A DNA stretch of 38,163 nucleotides from Ignavibacteria bacterium (GTDB lineage: Bacteria > Bacteroidota > Ignavibacteria > UBA10030 > UBA6906), in the NCBI GenBank assembly GCA_003251275.1, contig QKGJ01000134.1, positions 1 to 38,163 on the forward strand, written 5' to 3'. The position numbers and the translations under genes are program-made. Below the pieces are notes generated by a model, which saw only the letters and a list, made by a program, of their open reading frames with translations, ran no database searches and was not told where the DNA came from. This document shows, piece after piece, positions 8,710 to 17,838 of this stretch; the first letter of the stretch is position 1; each line of letters starts with the position of its first letter.

Positions 8710-10049
8710 ATCCTGTTGAACTTATCCGGCGAAAACGAAACGGGGAACATCTCTCCCGCACCGAGCTGGAGCAATTCATCGACGGATATGTCAAGGGCTC
8801 TCTTCCCGATTACCAGATGACCGCCTTCTTGATGGCCGTTTTCTTTCAGGGGATGACACCGGAAGAGACCCGCGTGTTTACTGAAGTAATGCTGCATTCC
8901 GGCGAGGTGATCGACCTTGGTACTCTTCCTGGCATCAAGGTCGACAAGCATTCAACCGGAGGGGTCGGGGATAAGGTGTCCTTAATACTTGCCCCCATGG
9001 TAGCAGCCTGTGGCGTCCCCGTCCCAATGATCTCCGGCCGGGGGCTGGGGCATACCGGTGGAACATTGGACAAGCTGGAGTCGATTCCCGGATTTCGGAC
9101 CGATCTTTCCATCGAGGAGTATAAAAAGATTGTTGGCGAACTCGGCGTCGTGCTCATCGGACAGACCGAAAAATTAGTTCCGGCGGACAGGAAGATGTAC
9201 GCCCTGCGCGATGTTACTGCAACAGTCGAGTCCATCCCGTTGATTGCAGGAAGCATCATGAGCAAGAAGCTGGCCGAAGGAATCGATGCGCTTGTTCTGG
9301 ATATCAAGACGGGGAACGGCGCTTTCATGAAGAGTCAGGAAGATTCCTTGGCCCTTGGATCCACCCTTGTTGGACTTGGGAATCAGATGGGCAAAAAAAC
9401 CGTCGGATTTGTCACCGATATGAGCCAGCCTCTTGGCACAAAAATCGGAAATTGGCTCGAGGTTGTCGAGTCTGTTGACTGCCTTAGGGGCAAACGGATA
9501 CCAGACCTCATGGAGGTGACTTATGTTCTTGGAGGCGCAATGGTCTGGTTGGGAGGCAAGGCTGCTTCAATCCACGAAGGAATGAAGCTGTGTCAGGACG
9601 CGATCTGGTCCGGGAAGGCGTACGAGAAGTTCCTGCAGTTGGTGACCCGGCAGGGGGGAGATTCTCAACTTCTCGAAAACCTCGATCGCTATCCAGAATC
9701 GGATCACTCCATCGATGTCATCAGTCCCCTTGATGGTTATGTTGCCGGTTTTGATACATTCGGGATCGGCGTACTTGCAACAGAATTGGGCGCAGGACGG
9801 CTCAAAGTTGATGATGTTATCGATCCAAAAGCGGGAATCCAGTTACAAAAAAAAGTCGGTGACGCTGTTCAGAAAGGTGAGTCAATTGCGACGCTCTCCA
9901 CTGACAAAAGCGAAATAATCCAGAAGGCCGCGAAAAGATTTCTTGCCTGTATTTCGGTCAAGGGGAGTGCGCCGCCTGTCCTTCCGGCAATTCACAAATA
10001 CATTGATGACAAAGGACAGCACCCCTGGACCGCGCCGTCCCTGTATTGA
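8706..10049 (+). CDS. pdp: Thymidine / pyrimidine-nucleoside phosphorylase
   Basis: DKHSTGGVGDK, SGRGLGHTGGTLDKLESIPG, YALRDVTATV, SIMSKK, LGAGR; ATGA overlap with HAD. Confidence 0.95.
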   Translation: MNPVELIRRKRNGEHLSRTELEQFIDGYVKGSLPDYQMTAFLMAVFFQGMTPEETRVFTEVMLHSGEVIDLGTLPGIKVDKHSTGGVGDKVSLILAPMVAACGVPVPMISGRGLGHTGGTLDKLESIPGFRTDLSIEEYKKIVGELGVVLIGQTEKLVPADRKMYALRDVTATVESIPLIAGSIMSKKLAEGIDALVLDIKTGNGAFMKSQEDSLALGSTLVGLGNQMGKKTVGFVTDMSQPLGTKIGNWLEVVESVDCLRGKRIPDLMEVTYVLGGAMVWLGGKAASIHEGMKLCQDAIWSGKAYEKFLQLVTRQGGDSQLLENLDRYPESDHSIDVISPLDGYVAGFDTFGIGVLATELGAGRLKVDDVIDPKAGIQLQKKVGDAVQKGESIATLSTDKSEIIQKAAKRFLACISVKGSAPPVLPAIHKYIDDKGQHPWTAPSLY

Positions 10050-10133
10050 CATTAGACGAAAAAACAATCTTATTATTTCTGGTCGCGATGCATTTCAAGC
10101 GCAAAATTCGCCGATTGAACAAAGGATATTCCA

Positions 10134-10571
10134 ATGCCGGTCGTAACATTTCACAATGAACATAAAACATTCGAAGTAGAACAAGGAGTGAACCTTCGTG
10201 AATTCATGCTCAAAGTCGGTATCCCACCGTACAGGCCGATTGACAGGGCGCTTAACTGTCGGGGGCATAATCTTTGCGGAACCTGTTGCGTGGAGATAGT
10301 AGGAAACCGGGGCACTTCGCAACGAGGTCAGGACGAGGAAGCAACATTGCGTGGAAATTTTGCGATTGCACATGAAATCCAAAATGACACACGGCTCGCG
10401 TGTCAAACAATGATCATGAACGACATGACCGTCAAAACACATCCGTTGCTACCAATCGATTGGCCGGAAACCAAGCATCGACTCACGGCAACAGGTATTG
10501 CCGCTTTTTTTCTGCTTGCCTTCCTTTTCATGTTTGGAGTGATGTTTTTTGATATGATTAAGATGTATTGA
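10134..10571 (+). CDS. 2Fe-2S ferredoxin with C-terminal transmembrane helix
   Basis: CRGHNLCGTC...RLACQ ligand pattern; C-terminal GIAAFFLLAFLFMFGVMFF. Confidence 0.85.
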   Translation: MPVVTFHNEHKTFEVEQGVNLREFMLKVGIPPYRPIDRALNCRGHNLCGTCCVEIVGNRGTSQRGQDEEATLRGNFAIAHEIQNDTRLACQTMIMNDMTVKTHPLLPIDWPETKHRLTATGIAAFFLLAFLFMFGVMFFDMIKMY

Positions 10572-10669
10572 TTGCATTTGGTTTTGTAAGAAACATCACG
10601 GTCATAGCCACAAAAGTGGTGTCCTTTGGCACATCGTATTGCGTTCGAAGGGATTAGCAAAAAGGGGGC

Positions 10670-10698
10670 TTGACATTCGTGGACCTTGCGCGTACATT
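10670..10698 (+). promoter_or_regulatory. sigma70-type promoter for the 65-aa protein
   Basis: TTGACA (10670-75), 17 nt, TACATT (10693-98); GAGGAG SD upstream of ATG 10736. Confidence 0.7.
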
Positions 10699-10735
10699 CT
10701 TGTGGGCGTAGGAATACTTTCGAGGAGAAGCGGCA

Positions 10736-10933
10736 ATGATCCAAACCCTTAATGCGGTGGAAATGGACGCGCTGATTGATGTTCTCCACCAGCGTCTTGA
10801 CAGCGTCAGGCGAGAGTTGCTTGATGCAGAGGAGTACAATGATAAGCAGGGATTCAGACAGACTGAAGAAATGCTTCGTCGCCTCATCGGAAAGCTGGAG
10901 AAAGAGAAGATCGTCGCTCCAGCGGCCGGGTAA
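10736..10933 (+). CDS. Small helical hypothetical protein (paralog 1)
   Basis: Own promoter, SD and terminator; amphipathic helices; 20 of the first 57 positions identical to the next ORF without gaps. Confidence 0.8.
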   Translation: MIQTLNAVEMDALIDVLHQRLDSVRRELLDAEEYNDKQGFRQTEEMLRRLIGKLEKEKIVAPAAG

Positions 10934-10955
10934 CTTCTTGCATATTGTTCATCTT

Positions 10956-10987
10956 GGGCGGTTTCACAAGGAACCGCTTTTTTCTTT
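10956..10987 (+). terminator. Intrinsic terminator
   Basis: GGGCGGTTTC-ACAA-GGAACCGCTT stem (with G-U pairs) followed by a T-rich tract. Confidence 0.7.
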
Positions 10988-11004
10988 CTTAGACACTCTT
11001 CCTC

Positions 11005-11193
11005 ATGAATGATGGACTGAGCCCCGAAGAACGGGATGCCCTTGCTGATACACTTCGTGAGCACTTGCTGGCGTTACGCCGGTCTATTCTCGAAACCAGC
11101 GACGCAGAAGAGAAGCTTCGGTTGAAGACGAAGGAAGATATTCTAAAAACGATTCTCGGAAAACTCGAGCCGGAGTCTTCTTTTCGGGAATGA
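11005..11193 (+). CDS. Small helical hypothetical protein (paralog 2)
   Basis: Shares L-x3-E-x-DAL-x-D-x-L...RR-x2-L...K...E-x2-L...GKLE with 10736..10933. Confidence 0.75.
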   Translation: MNDGLSPEERDALADTLREHLLALRRSILETSDAEEKLRLKTKEDILKTILGKLEPESSFRE

Positions 11194-11195
11194 TT

Positions 11196-11975
11196 TCAAG
11201 GGGCGGGCTGACTGAGCACTGAGACCATCTGGTCGTGAATCTTACCATTTGTTGCAAGCACCTGTTTTAAGTAGATAGAGCTCGGTCTCCCGAGAAAATT
11301 TGTTACCCTCCCCCCTGCTTCCTCCACCAGCAACACACCTGCTGCCATATCCCATGGGTTGAGATTCACTTCCCAGAATCCATCAAACCTTCCTGATGCA
11401 ATATACGCGAGATCCAACGCAGCCGACCCAAGCCTTCGTATTCCTCCACTTTTCGTCAGGAAATGAACGAAGTGATCGATAGCGTGATCGGGGTTCACAC
11501 TGATATCGTACGGAAAACCCGTCACGAGCAGGCTGGCAATCAGTGTGGAGGAGGATGAAACGGAGAGTTTCTTCCCGTTCATATAAGCGCCGCTTCCCTT
11601 CTCCACGGTGAACAATTCATCCATGTTCGGATCATAAATTACCCCCGCAACAAGTTCCCCCTTGCGCTCAAGAGCGATTGTTACACAATAGACAGGGACA
11701 CCATGGAGATAGTTCGTCGTCCCGTCCAGAGGATCAATGACCCACTTGTATTCGGCAACGGCGTCACTTGCCCCGCTTTCCTCCGCAAGAATCGCATGAT
11801 TCGGGTAATGCCGGTGAATGTGTTGAATAATTTTTTCCTCGGATGCTTTGTCCAGATCAGAGACGAGATTTCGTTCCTCGCCCTTCTTTATCTCAATACT
11901 CTTCACTTTCCCAGTGTTATATTTCAGGAACTTCCCGGCTTCTTTTGCGGCCTCAATAGCAACATGTATCATCAA
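11196..11975 (-). CDS. suhB: Inositol monophosphatase family protein
   Basis: EES, WVIDPLDGTTNY, RRLGSAALDL, WDMAAG. Confidence 0.93.
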   Translation of the reverse strand: MMIHVAIEAAKEAGKFLKYNTGKVKSIEIKKGEERNLVSDLDKASEEKIIQHIHRHYPNHAILAEESGASDAVAEYKWVIDPLDGTTNYLHGVPVYCVTIALERKGELVAGVIYDPNMDELFTVEKGSGAYMNGKKLSVSSSSTLIASLLVTGFPYDISVNPDHAIDHFVHFLTKSGGIRRLGSAALDLAYIASGRFDGFWEVNLNPWDMAAGVLLVEEAGGRVTNFLGRPSSIYLKQVLATNGKIHDQMVSVLSQPAP

Positions 11976-12120
11976 TGGTCCTTTCCAATTTCAGTCAAGA
12001 TACCAAAAACGAAGGGACGATGCCATCTGATGCTACCACCATCAATCTCGATTGTTTGATCTCACGATGTATTTCCCTATTTTCTCGCAACTCTTTTGTC
12101 AACTTTGGAAAGTGTGATCG

Positions 12121-14253
12121 ATGAGAATTCTCTTCACAATTGTTCTTGTCATTCTTTTGTCCGGGTGTCAATCAAGTCGGAAACCCGAAATCTCCCGGCG
12201 GCCTCGTGTTAGCGTCGATGATTTGGGCATCTCAATTCAATCTCCTGACCGCGGATTCATGCTTTCGGACAAGCGCGGCGGGTATCTTCTTCGCACAGGA
12301 CAAGAAAGCACAGCGTCCGGGCTTGGTTTCACATGGTTCGTTGGCCCACAAACTATTTGCCGGTCTTTCCACGCGTCAATTGATGGGGATGAGGTACTCT
12401 GGGAAAAGTCTCTCGTTACTGTTTTTCCTCACAAGGTCGTCTATGTCCATAATGCAGATACCGTTGTCGTGCACAACCTCTTCGTTTCTTCAGCAACGAC
12501 GCACGCTGTCGAAGTGGAGATTCGCGCAGCATCAGTTGCGACTCTCGTATGCTCTCAGAAACCTGAATTGAAGAACACGATATCAATCGCGTCAACTGAG
12601 AACCTAGCGAACTCATCAGAAAGTGCTCAGGTGCACGGGCGAATTGCAAACTTTATCCTCGTGTACGATCACATACAACGGGTCGAAGCCGAAGTAATCT
12701 TTCCTTCCTTGCAGGAGTATCGGCAAAGGAACAAAGACCGCTGTGATAGTCTCCTGAACAGGATGTACTTCTCAACAGAGGATGAAAACCTCACCAGGGC
12801 AGTACGATGGGCACAGTTGATGGCCGACGGGATGCTCACGACCGGATCAGATATTTCCTTGATGACAGAAGTCCCTCAACCCCGGGCAACAGATATTCGT
12901 CCCATCGTTGAATCATTGTCGTCCCTCAATCTTTCTTTGGGAAACCCACCCGAGCTTCACAGCTTGATCACGAGGATTGCTGCATACCAGGACGTTGAAC
13001 AGAATAGTCCCACCTCGGGGAGAATTGCATCGCGAATCAGCGGGAAGCAAATGAGATACGATGGCGCGGATGTTACGTCCTTGTTTGTCCGGCAGCTGTA
13101 CAGCTACATCGCCGCCTCCAACGACACCGCGCTCGCCCGTTCGATCTTCCCTTTCATTCAAAGGAGTATTGATGGGCCTTTGAGTAATCGGGTTGACTCG
13201 CTTGGCTTGCTGATCCATGGCGCCAATGAAACATGGATGCGCGCCGACGGCGTCGGGCCGCGCAGAGGCAACAGGGCAATTGAGGTTCAGAGCAATTGGT
13301 ATTTTCACCAGTATATCGGTGCGTTGTTTGCTTCCTACTTCTACGACAGCGTGCAAGCGTCCGTCTGGGGACTCGGTGCAGAAAAGACGATGAATGCCAT
13401 CAATGAATTCTACATGGATACCCTGCATCAGCGGATGTATGACCATCTTCTTCCCAATGGGGTTCCCGTGTACGAGTCACGGCCCAACGTGTTATCCTCA
13501 TTTGATATTCTCCGAAGCGAGATAAGTCGGAAGGAAATAGTGGAGGATGTGATGGACCACCTTGTGACACTGGAGGGTGTTGCGACGCTCTCGCCGTCGT
13601 TACCGGGTCTCTCTCTCTTCGATGGAGCCGTGTGGCCGGTTCTTTCGCGCGATATCATTCAGGCCTTGGCACGATTCGACCGGGAGGATCTCAGCCTCAA
13701 GATTACCGTCGGGTTGACACGTTCCATCCTTGGCGAGGGTGTTGTTGGATGCCTCCCGAATGTAAAGTCGCAGTCCGTTAAAAGTGCAACCACACCGGTA
13801 TACCTTCCCTCCATCACATCCTATTCATTGTCAATTTATGAAACATACCTGGGAGTGTCGATCGACGCGTCCATCCCCGTAATCACTCTGACGCCTCTCC
13901 TTCCAGTGCCCCTCTCGAGCGTTGATTTTACAGTCTACGTCGGCAGACATCCTTTGCATATCTCCTACGATAATGACGAGCAAGCCTTTCGTCTTTCCGT
14001 TCATTCTCCCGACATTGCATTGACTTTGAATTTCCTGTGCATATTGTGGAATGGCGATGGCTGGAAAGGGAGTGCCCGCATCAACCGTGATGAGCACACG
14101 CTGCTCGTGATGACTCCATCGAAACTTTCAGCATACAGAGAGGATAGAGACGTGAAGATTGAAGAAGCAACATTCCTTGCCCGGTATTCACGCAGGAATT
14201 TTTTCGATGGATTTCAATTCGCCCCAATGCGGCAGGCCTCTACTCACGAGTGA
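12121..14253 (+). CDS. Lipoprotein with amylo-alpha-1,6-glucosidase/six-hairpin glycosidase-like domain, apparently degenerate
   Basis: Lipobox LLSGC; HGANETWMRA...PRRGNRAIEVQSNWY, RPN, G.ATLSP, DGAVWP resemble glycogen-debranching (GDE_C) motifs. Confidence 0.65.
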   Translation: MRILFTIVLVILLSGCQSSRKPEISRRPRVSVDDLGISIQSPDRGFMLSDKRGGYLLRTGQESTASGLGFTWFVGPQTICRSFHASIDGDEVLWEKSLVTVFPHKVVYVHNADTVVVHNLFVSSATTHAVEVEIRAASVATLVCSQKPELKNTISIASTENLANSSESAQVHGRIANFILVYDHIQRVEAEVIFPSLQEYRQRNKDRCDSLLNRMYFSTEDENLTRAVRWAQLMADGMLTTGSDISLMTEVPQPRATDIRPIVESLSSLNLSLGNPPELHSLITRIAAYQDVEQNSPTSGRIASRISGKQMRYDGADVTSLFVRQLYSYIAASNDTALARSIFPFIQRSIDGPLSNRVDSLGLLIHGANETWMRADGVGPRRGNRAIEVQSNWYFHQYIGALFASYFYDSVQASVWGLGAEKTMNAINEFYMDTLHQRMYDHLLPNGVPVYESRPNVLSSFDILRSEISRKEIVEDVMDHLVTLEGVATLSPSLPGLSLFDGAVWPVLSRDIIQALARFDREDLSLKITVGLTRSILGEGVVGCLPNVKSQSVKSATTPVYLPSITSYSLSIYETYLGVSIDASIPVITLTPLLPVPLSSVDFTVYVGRHPLHISYDNDEQAFRLSVHSPDIALTLNFLCILWNGDGWKGSARINRDEHTLLVMTPSKLSAYREDRDVKIEEATFLARYSRRNFFDGFQFAPMRQASTHE

Positions 14254-15523
14254 GGGTTTTGGGAGAGCAACTTTTCTTCAGCCATTCAGCACGGCGGGTA
14301 TCGATGCGAAATTGCATCGTGATCTTCTCCCCCTCGTAGCTGGTATGAAGAACTTCGGCAATGTCGTGAATCCGAGAAATCAAATCATATTCCCTCTGAC
14401 CGAAGGTCATCGTGAGTTCACTCGTATGGCGCTCGAGAAGCGCGATGATCCGTTCTTTCAGTCCTTCAATGTTAATCCCCCGCGCCGCAGATATAAACAC
14501 CCCGTTCGTGTATTGAGAAGCCAGGTATTGGAGCACTCCCCGGTTTTCCAATCTGTCAATCTTATTGAAAACCATGATAACTGGTGTTACCGGATCCACC
14601 CCTATCTCCTCCAGCGTTTCGCGAACAACAGTGATATGCTCTTCAAAGAGGGGGTGACTGACGTCGATGACGTGCAAAAGCATTTCGGCCTCGCGAACCT
14701 CATCCAGCGTACTCTTGAACGAAGCGATCAAATGATGCGGCAGTTTGCGGATGAAGCCGACGGTATCCGACAACAGAATCCTATGAACAGATGAAATCTC
14801 CGTCAGACGTACCGTTGCGTCGAGGGTCGCGAAGAGTTTGTCTTCAACAAGAACACCCGCGTCAGAAAAATAGTTAAGAAGAGTGGACTTCCCTGCATTG
14901 GTATATCCGACGAGTGCAACCCGCGGAAAATGCTCTCGTCCTTTACGCTGTACTTCTCGTTCGATCCCGATGGTCTTGAGTTTGCGGGTAAGATGGCTTA
15001 TGCCTGTCCTGATGGCCCGGCGATCAGTTTCAATTTGCGTTTCCCCGGGTCCTTTTGTTCCTATCCCGCCATATTGCTTCGAAAGGTGCGTCCATTGCCT
15101 CGTCAGACGCGGCAGCATGTATTGCAGCTGCGCAAGCTGTACCTGTGTTTTCGCCTCACGCGATCGCGCCCGGGATGCAAAGATATCGAGAATGATGCCG
15201 CTGCGATCGACAATCTTACATTTGATCACCTTTTCCAGGTTTCGCACTTGCACCGGAGAAAGGTCATCATCGAAAATTACTATATCGATTCCCTTTTCTC
15301 CGACGAGCGATGAAATCTCTTCTGCCTTACCACTCCCGATAAAGAAAGCCGCGTCGATGGATTGGCGTTCCTGGAGTATTCTTGCAACGATTTCTGCACC
15401 CGCCGACTCGGCCAGAAACGCAAGCTCATCCAAATATTCCTCCACCTTGAACCGCCTCGACGATTGGGTCGCAACCCCGACCAAGAGAGCACGTTCCTTT
15501 TTCACCGTCTCGACCAATTGCAC
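14240..15523 (-). CDS. hflX: Ribosome-splitting GTPase HflX
   Basis: GPGETQIETDRR, G1 GYTNAGKST, LFATLD, DTVGFI, NKID, SA. Confidence 0.97.
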   Translation of the reverse strand: MQLVETVKKERALLVGVATQSSRRFKVEEYLDELAFLAESAGAEIVARILQERQSIDAAFFIGSGKAEEISSLVGEKGIDIVIFDDDLSPVQVRNLEKVIKCKIVDRSGIILDIFASRARSREAKTQVQLAQLQYMLPRLTRQWTHLSKQYGGIGTKGPGETQIETDRRAIRTGISHLTRKLKTIGIEREVQRKGREHFPRVALVGYTNAGKSTLLNYFSDAGVLVEDKLFATLDATVRLTEISSVHRILLSDTVGFIRKLPHHLIASFKSTLDEVREAEMLLHVIDVSHPLFEEHITVVRETLEEIGVDPVTPVIMVFNKIDRLENRGVLQYLASQYTNGVFISAARGINIEGLKERIIALLERHTSELTMTFGQREYDLISRIHDIAEVLHTSYEGEKITMQFRIDTRRAEWLKKSCSPKTLTRE

Positions 15524-17680
15524 TTAGGCGCTTACCTCCGTCTCTTGATGCTTCGCGGTCCGCCCAACAACCATTTCGATGAGTGCACAGAGAAGTGCGA
15601 GGAGGACGAAGATCTTCCAGAGTTCGGTTCCGAACCGAGCCTCCGCCAAGCGCTGCTCGATATTTTGTTCCGGCGTAATGTGCGTTACTCTCTCTATATC
15701 CAATCCAACACGTTTCCAGAGCGCTGATTCTTCTTCGCCCGTTGCCATTCGAATCTCACCCTCTTCCGGAGCGATGTTGACCGCGACTGCATCCAGAACC
15801 ATCCCTTCCTCCTGCGATATCAATTCATAGATCCCGACTTCCGAGCTCGGGATAGAAACGAACGTGGCGACTCCAGTCGCTGCCGAAAATCGCGGAACGA
15901 TTTTCTCTTCGATCCCGGAGGGAGATCGCAAGACAAAACCAGCACTGGTATTTGCAATCCGGGACTGGGTGTGTATTTCCTGACCGACGATATACGATTC
16001 TGTTGAATGCTCAGACGCACTAAGATAAATGCTTCCTCGATAGATTATCGGAAGAAAAATCCCCTTTACCGGCAGATCCGACCAATCCAGATTTGCAGCA
16101 ACCGCGCAAAGGAGGATCCGGCCCTTGCCGTGCACATACTCTGTGAGGAATTCCGAGCCATCGGCTAATCGAATCAGCGAGCGCCCTTGTGATGTGGGTG
16201 ATATATTGATTTTGCGAAAGATCTTTGGTGAGTCGAATTTCCTTCCCTGTTCATCTTTTACGGGCTTTTCAAACAACCCTTCAAACAGCGGATGATCGAA
16301 ATCAACACGTCCGAAGGAAAGAAAACTGGAGCGGTCTCCCTGCACCGCGGGGGGAGGAGCAGCTACTGGAGGAATACCTGTCGCATCAAACAGCGACGCA
16401 TTATAATTATCTATGGAGCTTCCCTCCCCCGGAAACAGAATAATTGCTCCGCCTGTCCTCACAAACTGCTCAAGCCGATCCGAATCTGTCTGGGAAAACT
16501 TTCCTACTCCTGAAAGAATTACGACCTCGTATTTTCCAAGTTCTGTGGCAGAGAGCGTCTCCTCCGTTATCGCTTTGGACTCTATCAAGCTCTTCCGGGT
16601 GGAGTCATTCTCCGCTGACAAGGATAGCCCGATGAGATCCGTATTCTGGCGTGGCCCGACAATCAACACACGGATTTGTTTCGGAACATGAAGCACGAAA
16701 TAGCGTCTATTGTCCCCCTCAAATTTGTCTTCGTCGATTTCAACTGAGCCGTGCAAGTATCCCCCCTCTTGAGGCAGTATTGAAACATCCACAGTTGTTT
16801 CAGCTCCCGGCAGGATATCGAGTGTCTTTTGAACAACGCGACTCCCGCCGAGAAAAACGCTGAGCAGACCTTCACGCACCGGGTTCTCACCTTCATTGGC
16901 AACCGTGACATCCAGCCGTACCGGTTTTCGCTCCACGACTATCTGCGTTCTTGGCAAGATCGATGCAATGCCCCAGTTTTCCTCATTTTTCCCTGCTGAC
17001 ACGAGAAAAAGCCTTACGCGATCACTGAAGAGTGCCGACGAATCTTCGGGCTTCGATGAAACCACAAACTCCGATGCTTGACCATCGGTAAAGAGGAATA
17101 GCTCTTGGTTCAGATTCTTCGAAGAAAAAAATACTTTTGCTGCAGCATCCAACGCATCGCGGTACGTGACACGTTCTTCCGACAGCGCGCAATCAGCCAA
17201 TGCCTTTTGAAGATCCCCCGGAGAACGCACCATCTCAAACGATTCTTTGTGTCGAATCTGGGATAACGGGATTACGTATGCTTCATCACCATCCCTCATC
17301 AATCGCGACATTTGTATTGCAGATCCTTTCACTTGTCCAAAGATCTCGCCCCCCTCATTGCGGATAGACATGCTCGGTGAATCATCCACCAGGAAGACCA
17401 TTGTTGTTCGTGCAGAGGCTCCTATCGCTGACGCAACCGATCCGCGGAGGGCGGGGCGGGAGAAAGCAAAGACAAGAAAGACAATAAGAAGCGTTCGCAG
17501 GAGAAGAAGGAGCCACTGCCGTATTCGTACTCGCCGGATCGTGGACCGTTGGATTTCCTTCAGGAAACGAAGGGTGCTAAATTCAACCGTTTTGAGTTTT
17601 CGCAGGTTCAACAGATGAAGCAGGATGGGAATTGCAGCAGCAAAGAGACCGAGGAGAAAAATCGGGTTGAGAAATGTCAT
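15524..17680 (-). CDS. BatA N-terminal domain / vWA membrane protein
   Basis: MTFLNP..L.GL.AAAIP.LLHL, F.TLRFL, LLLLR...AFSRP; MIDAS DDSPSM and FTDG; C-terminal ELWK TM helix. Confidence 0.88.
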   Translation of the reverse strand: MTFLNPIFLLGLFAAAIPILLHLLNLRKLKTVEFSTLRFLKEIQRSTIRRVRIRQWLLLLLRTLLIVFLVFAFSRPALRGSVASAIGASARTTMVFLVDDSPSMSIRNEGGEIFGQVKGSAIQMSRLMRDGDEAYVIPLSQIRHKESFEMVRSPGDLQKALADCALSEERVTYRDALDAAAKVFFSSKNLNQELFLFTDGQASEFVVSSKPEDSSALFSDRVRLFLVSAGKNEENWGIASILPRTQIVVERKPVRLDVTVANEGENPVREGLLSVFLGGSRVVQKTLDILPGAETTVDVSILPQEGGYLHGSVEIDEDKFEGDNRRYFVLHVPKQIRVLIVGPRQNTDLIGLSLSAENDSTRKSLIESKAITEETLSATELGKYEVVILSGVGKFSQTDSDRLEQFVRTGGAIILFPGEGSSIDNYNASLFDATGIPPVAAPPPAVQGDRSSFLSFGRVDFDHPLFEGLFEKPVKDEQGRKFDSPKIFRKINISPTSQGRSLIRLADGSEFLTEYVHGKGRILLCAVAANLDWSDLPVKGIFLPIIYRGSIYLSASEHSTESYIVGQEIHTQSRIANTSAGFVLRSPSGIEEKIVPRFSAATGVATFVSIPSSEVGIYELISQEEGMVLDAVAVNIAPEEGEIRMATGEEESALWKRVGLDIERVTHITPEQNIEQRLAEARFGTELWKIFVLLALLCALIEMVVGRTAKHQETEVSA

Positions 17681-17760
17681 GTACTTGAAATGTGCCTCAC
17701 TAATATCAACCGAACTGACTATAAAAAAACTTCTACAAAATGGAAGTCAAATGCAAATCC

Positions 17761-17789
17761 TTGATTTTCCCTGACAAAAGCGATACGTT
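17761..17789 (+). promoter_or_regulatory. Possible sigma70 promoter of the patatin gene
   Basis: TTGATT, 17 nt, TACGTT, about 50 nt upstream of the ORF. Confidence 0.4.
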
Positions 17790-17838
17790 TTCGCCAACCG
17801 GTTTGATCTGAACACTTCTCAACTGAACGAAAACAGTC

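Noticed and set aside
10627-10642. sigma54-like TGGCAC...TTGC
   Set aside because: 11 nt between GG and GC instead of the required 10; a good sigma70 promoter lies just downstream.
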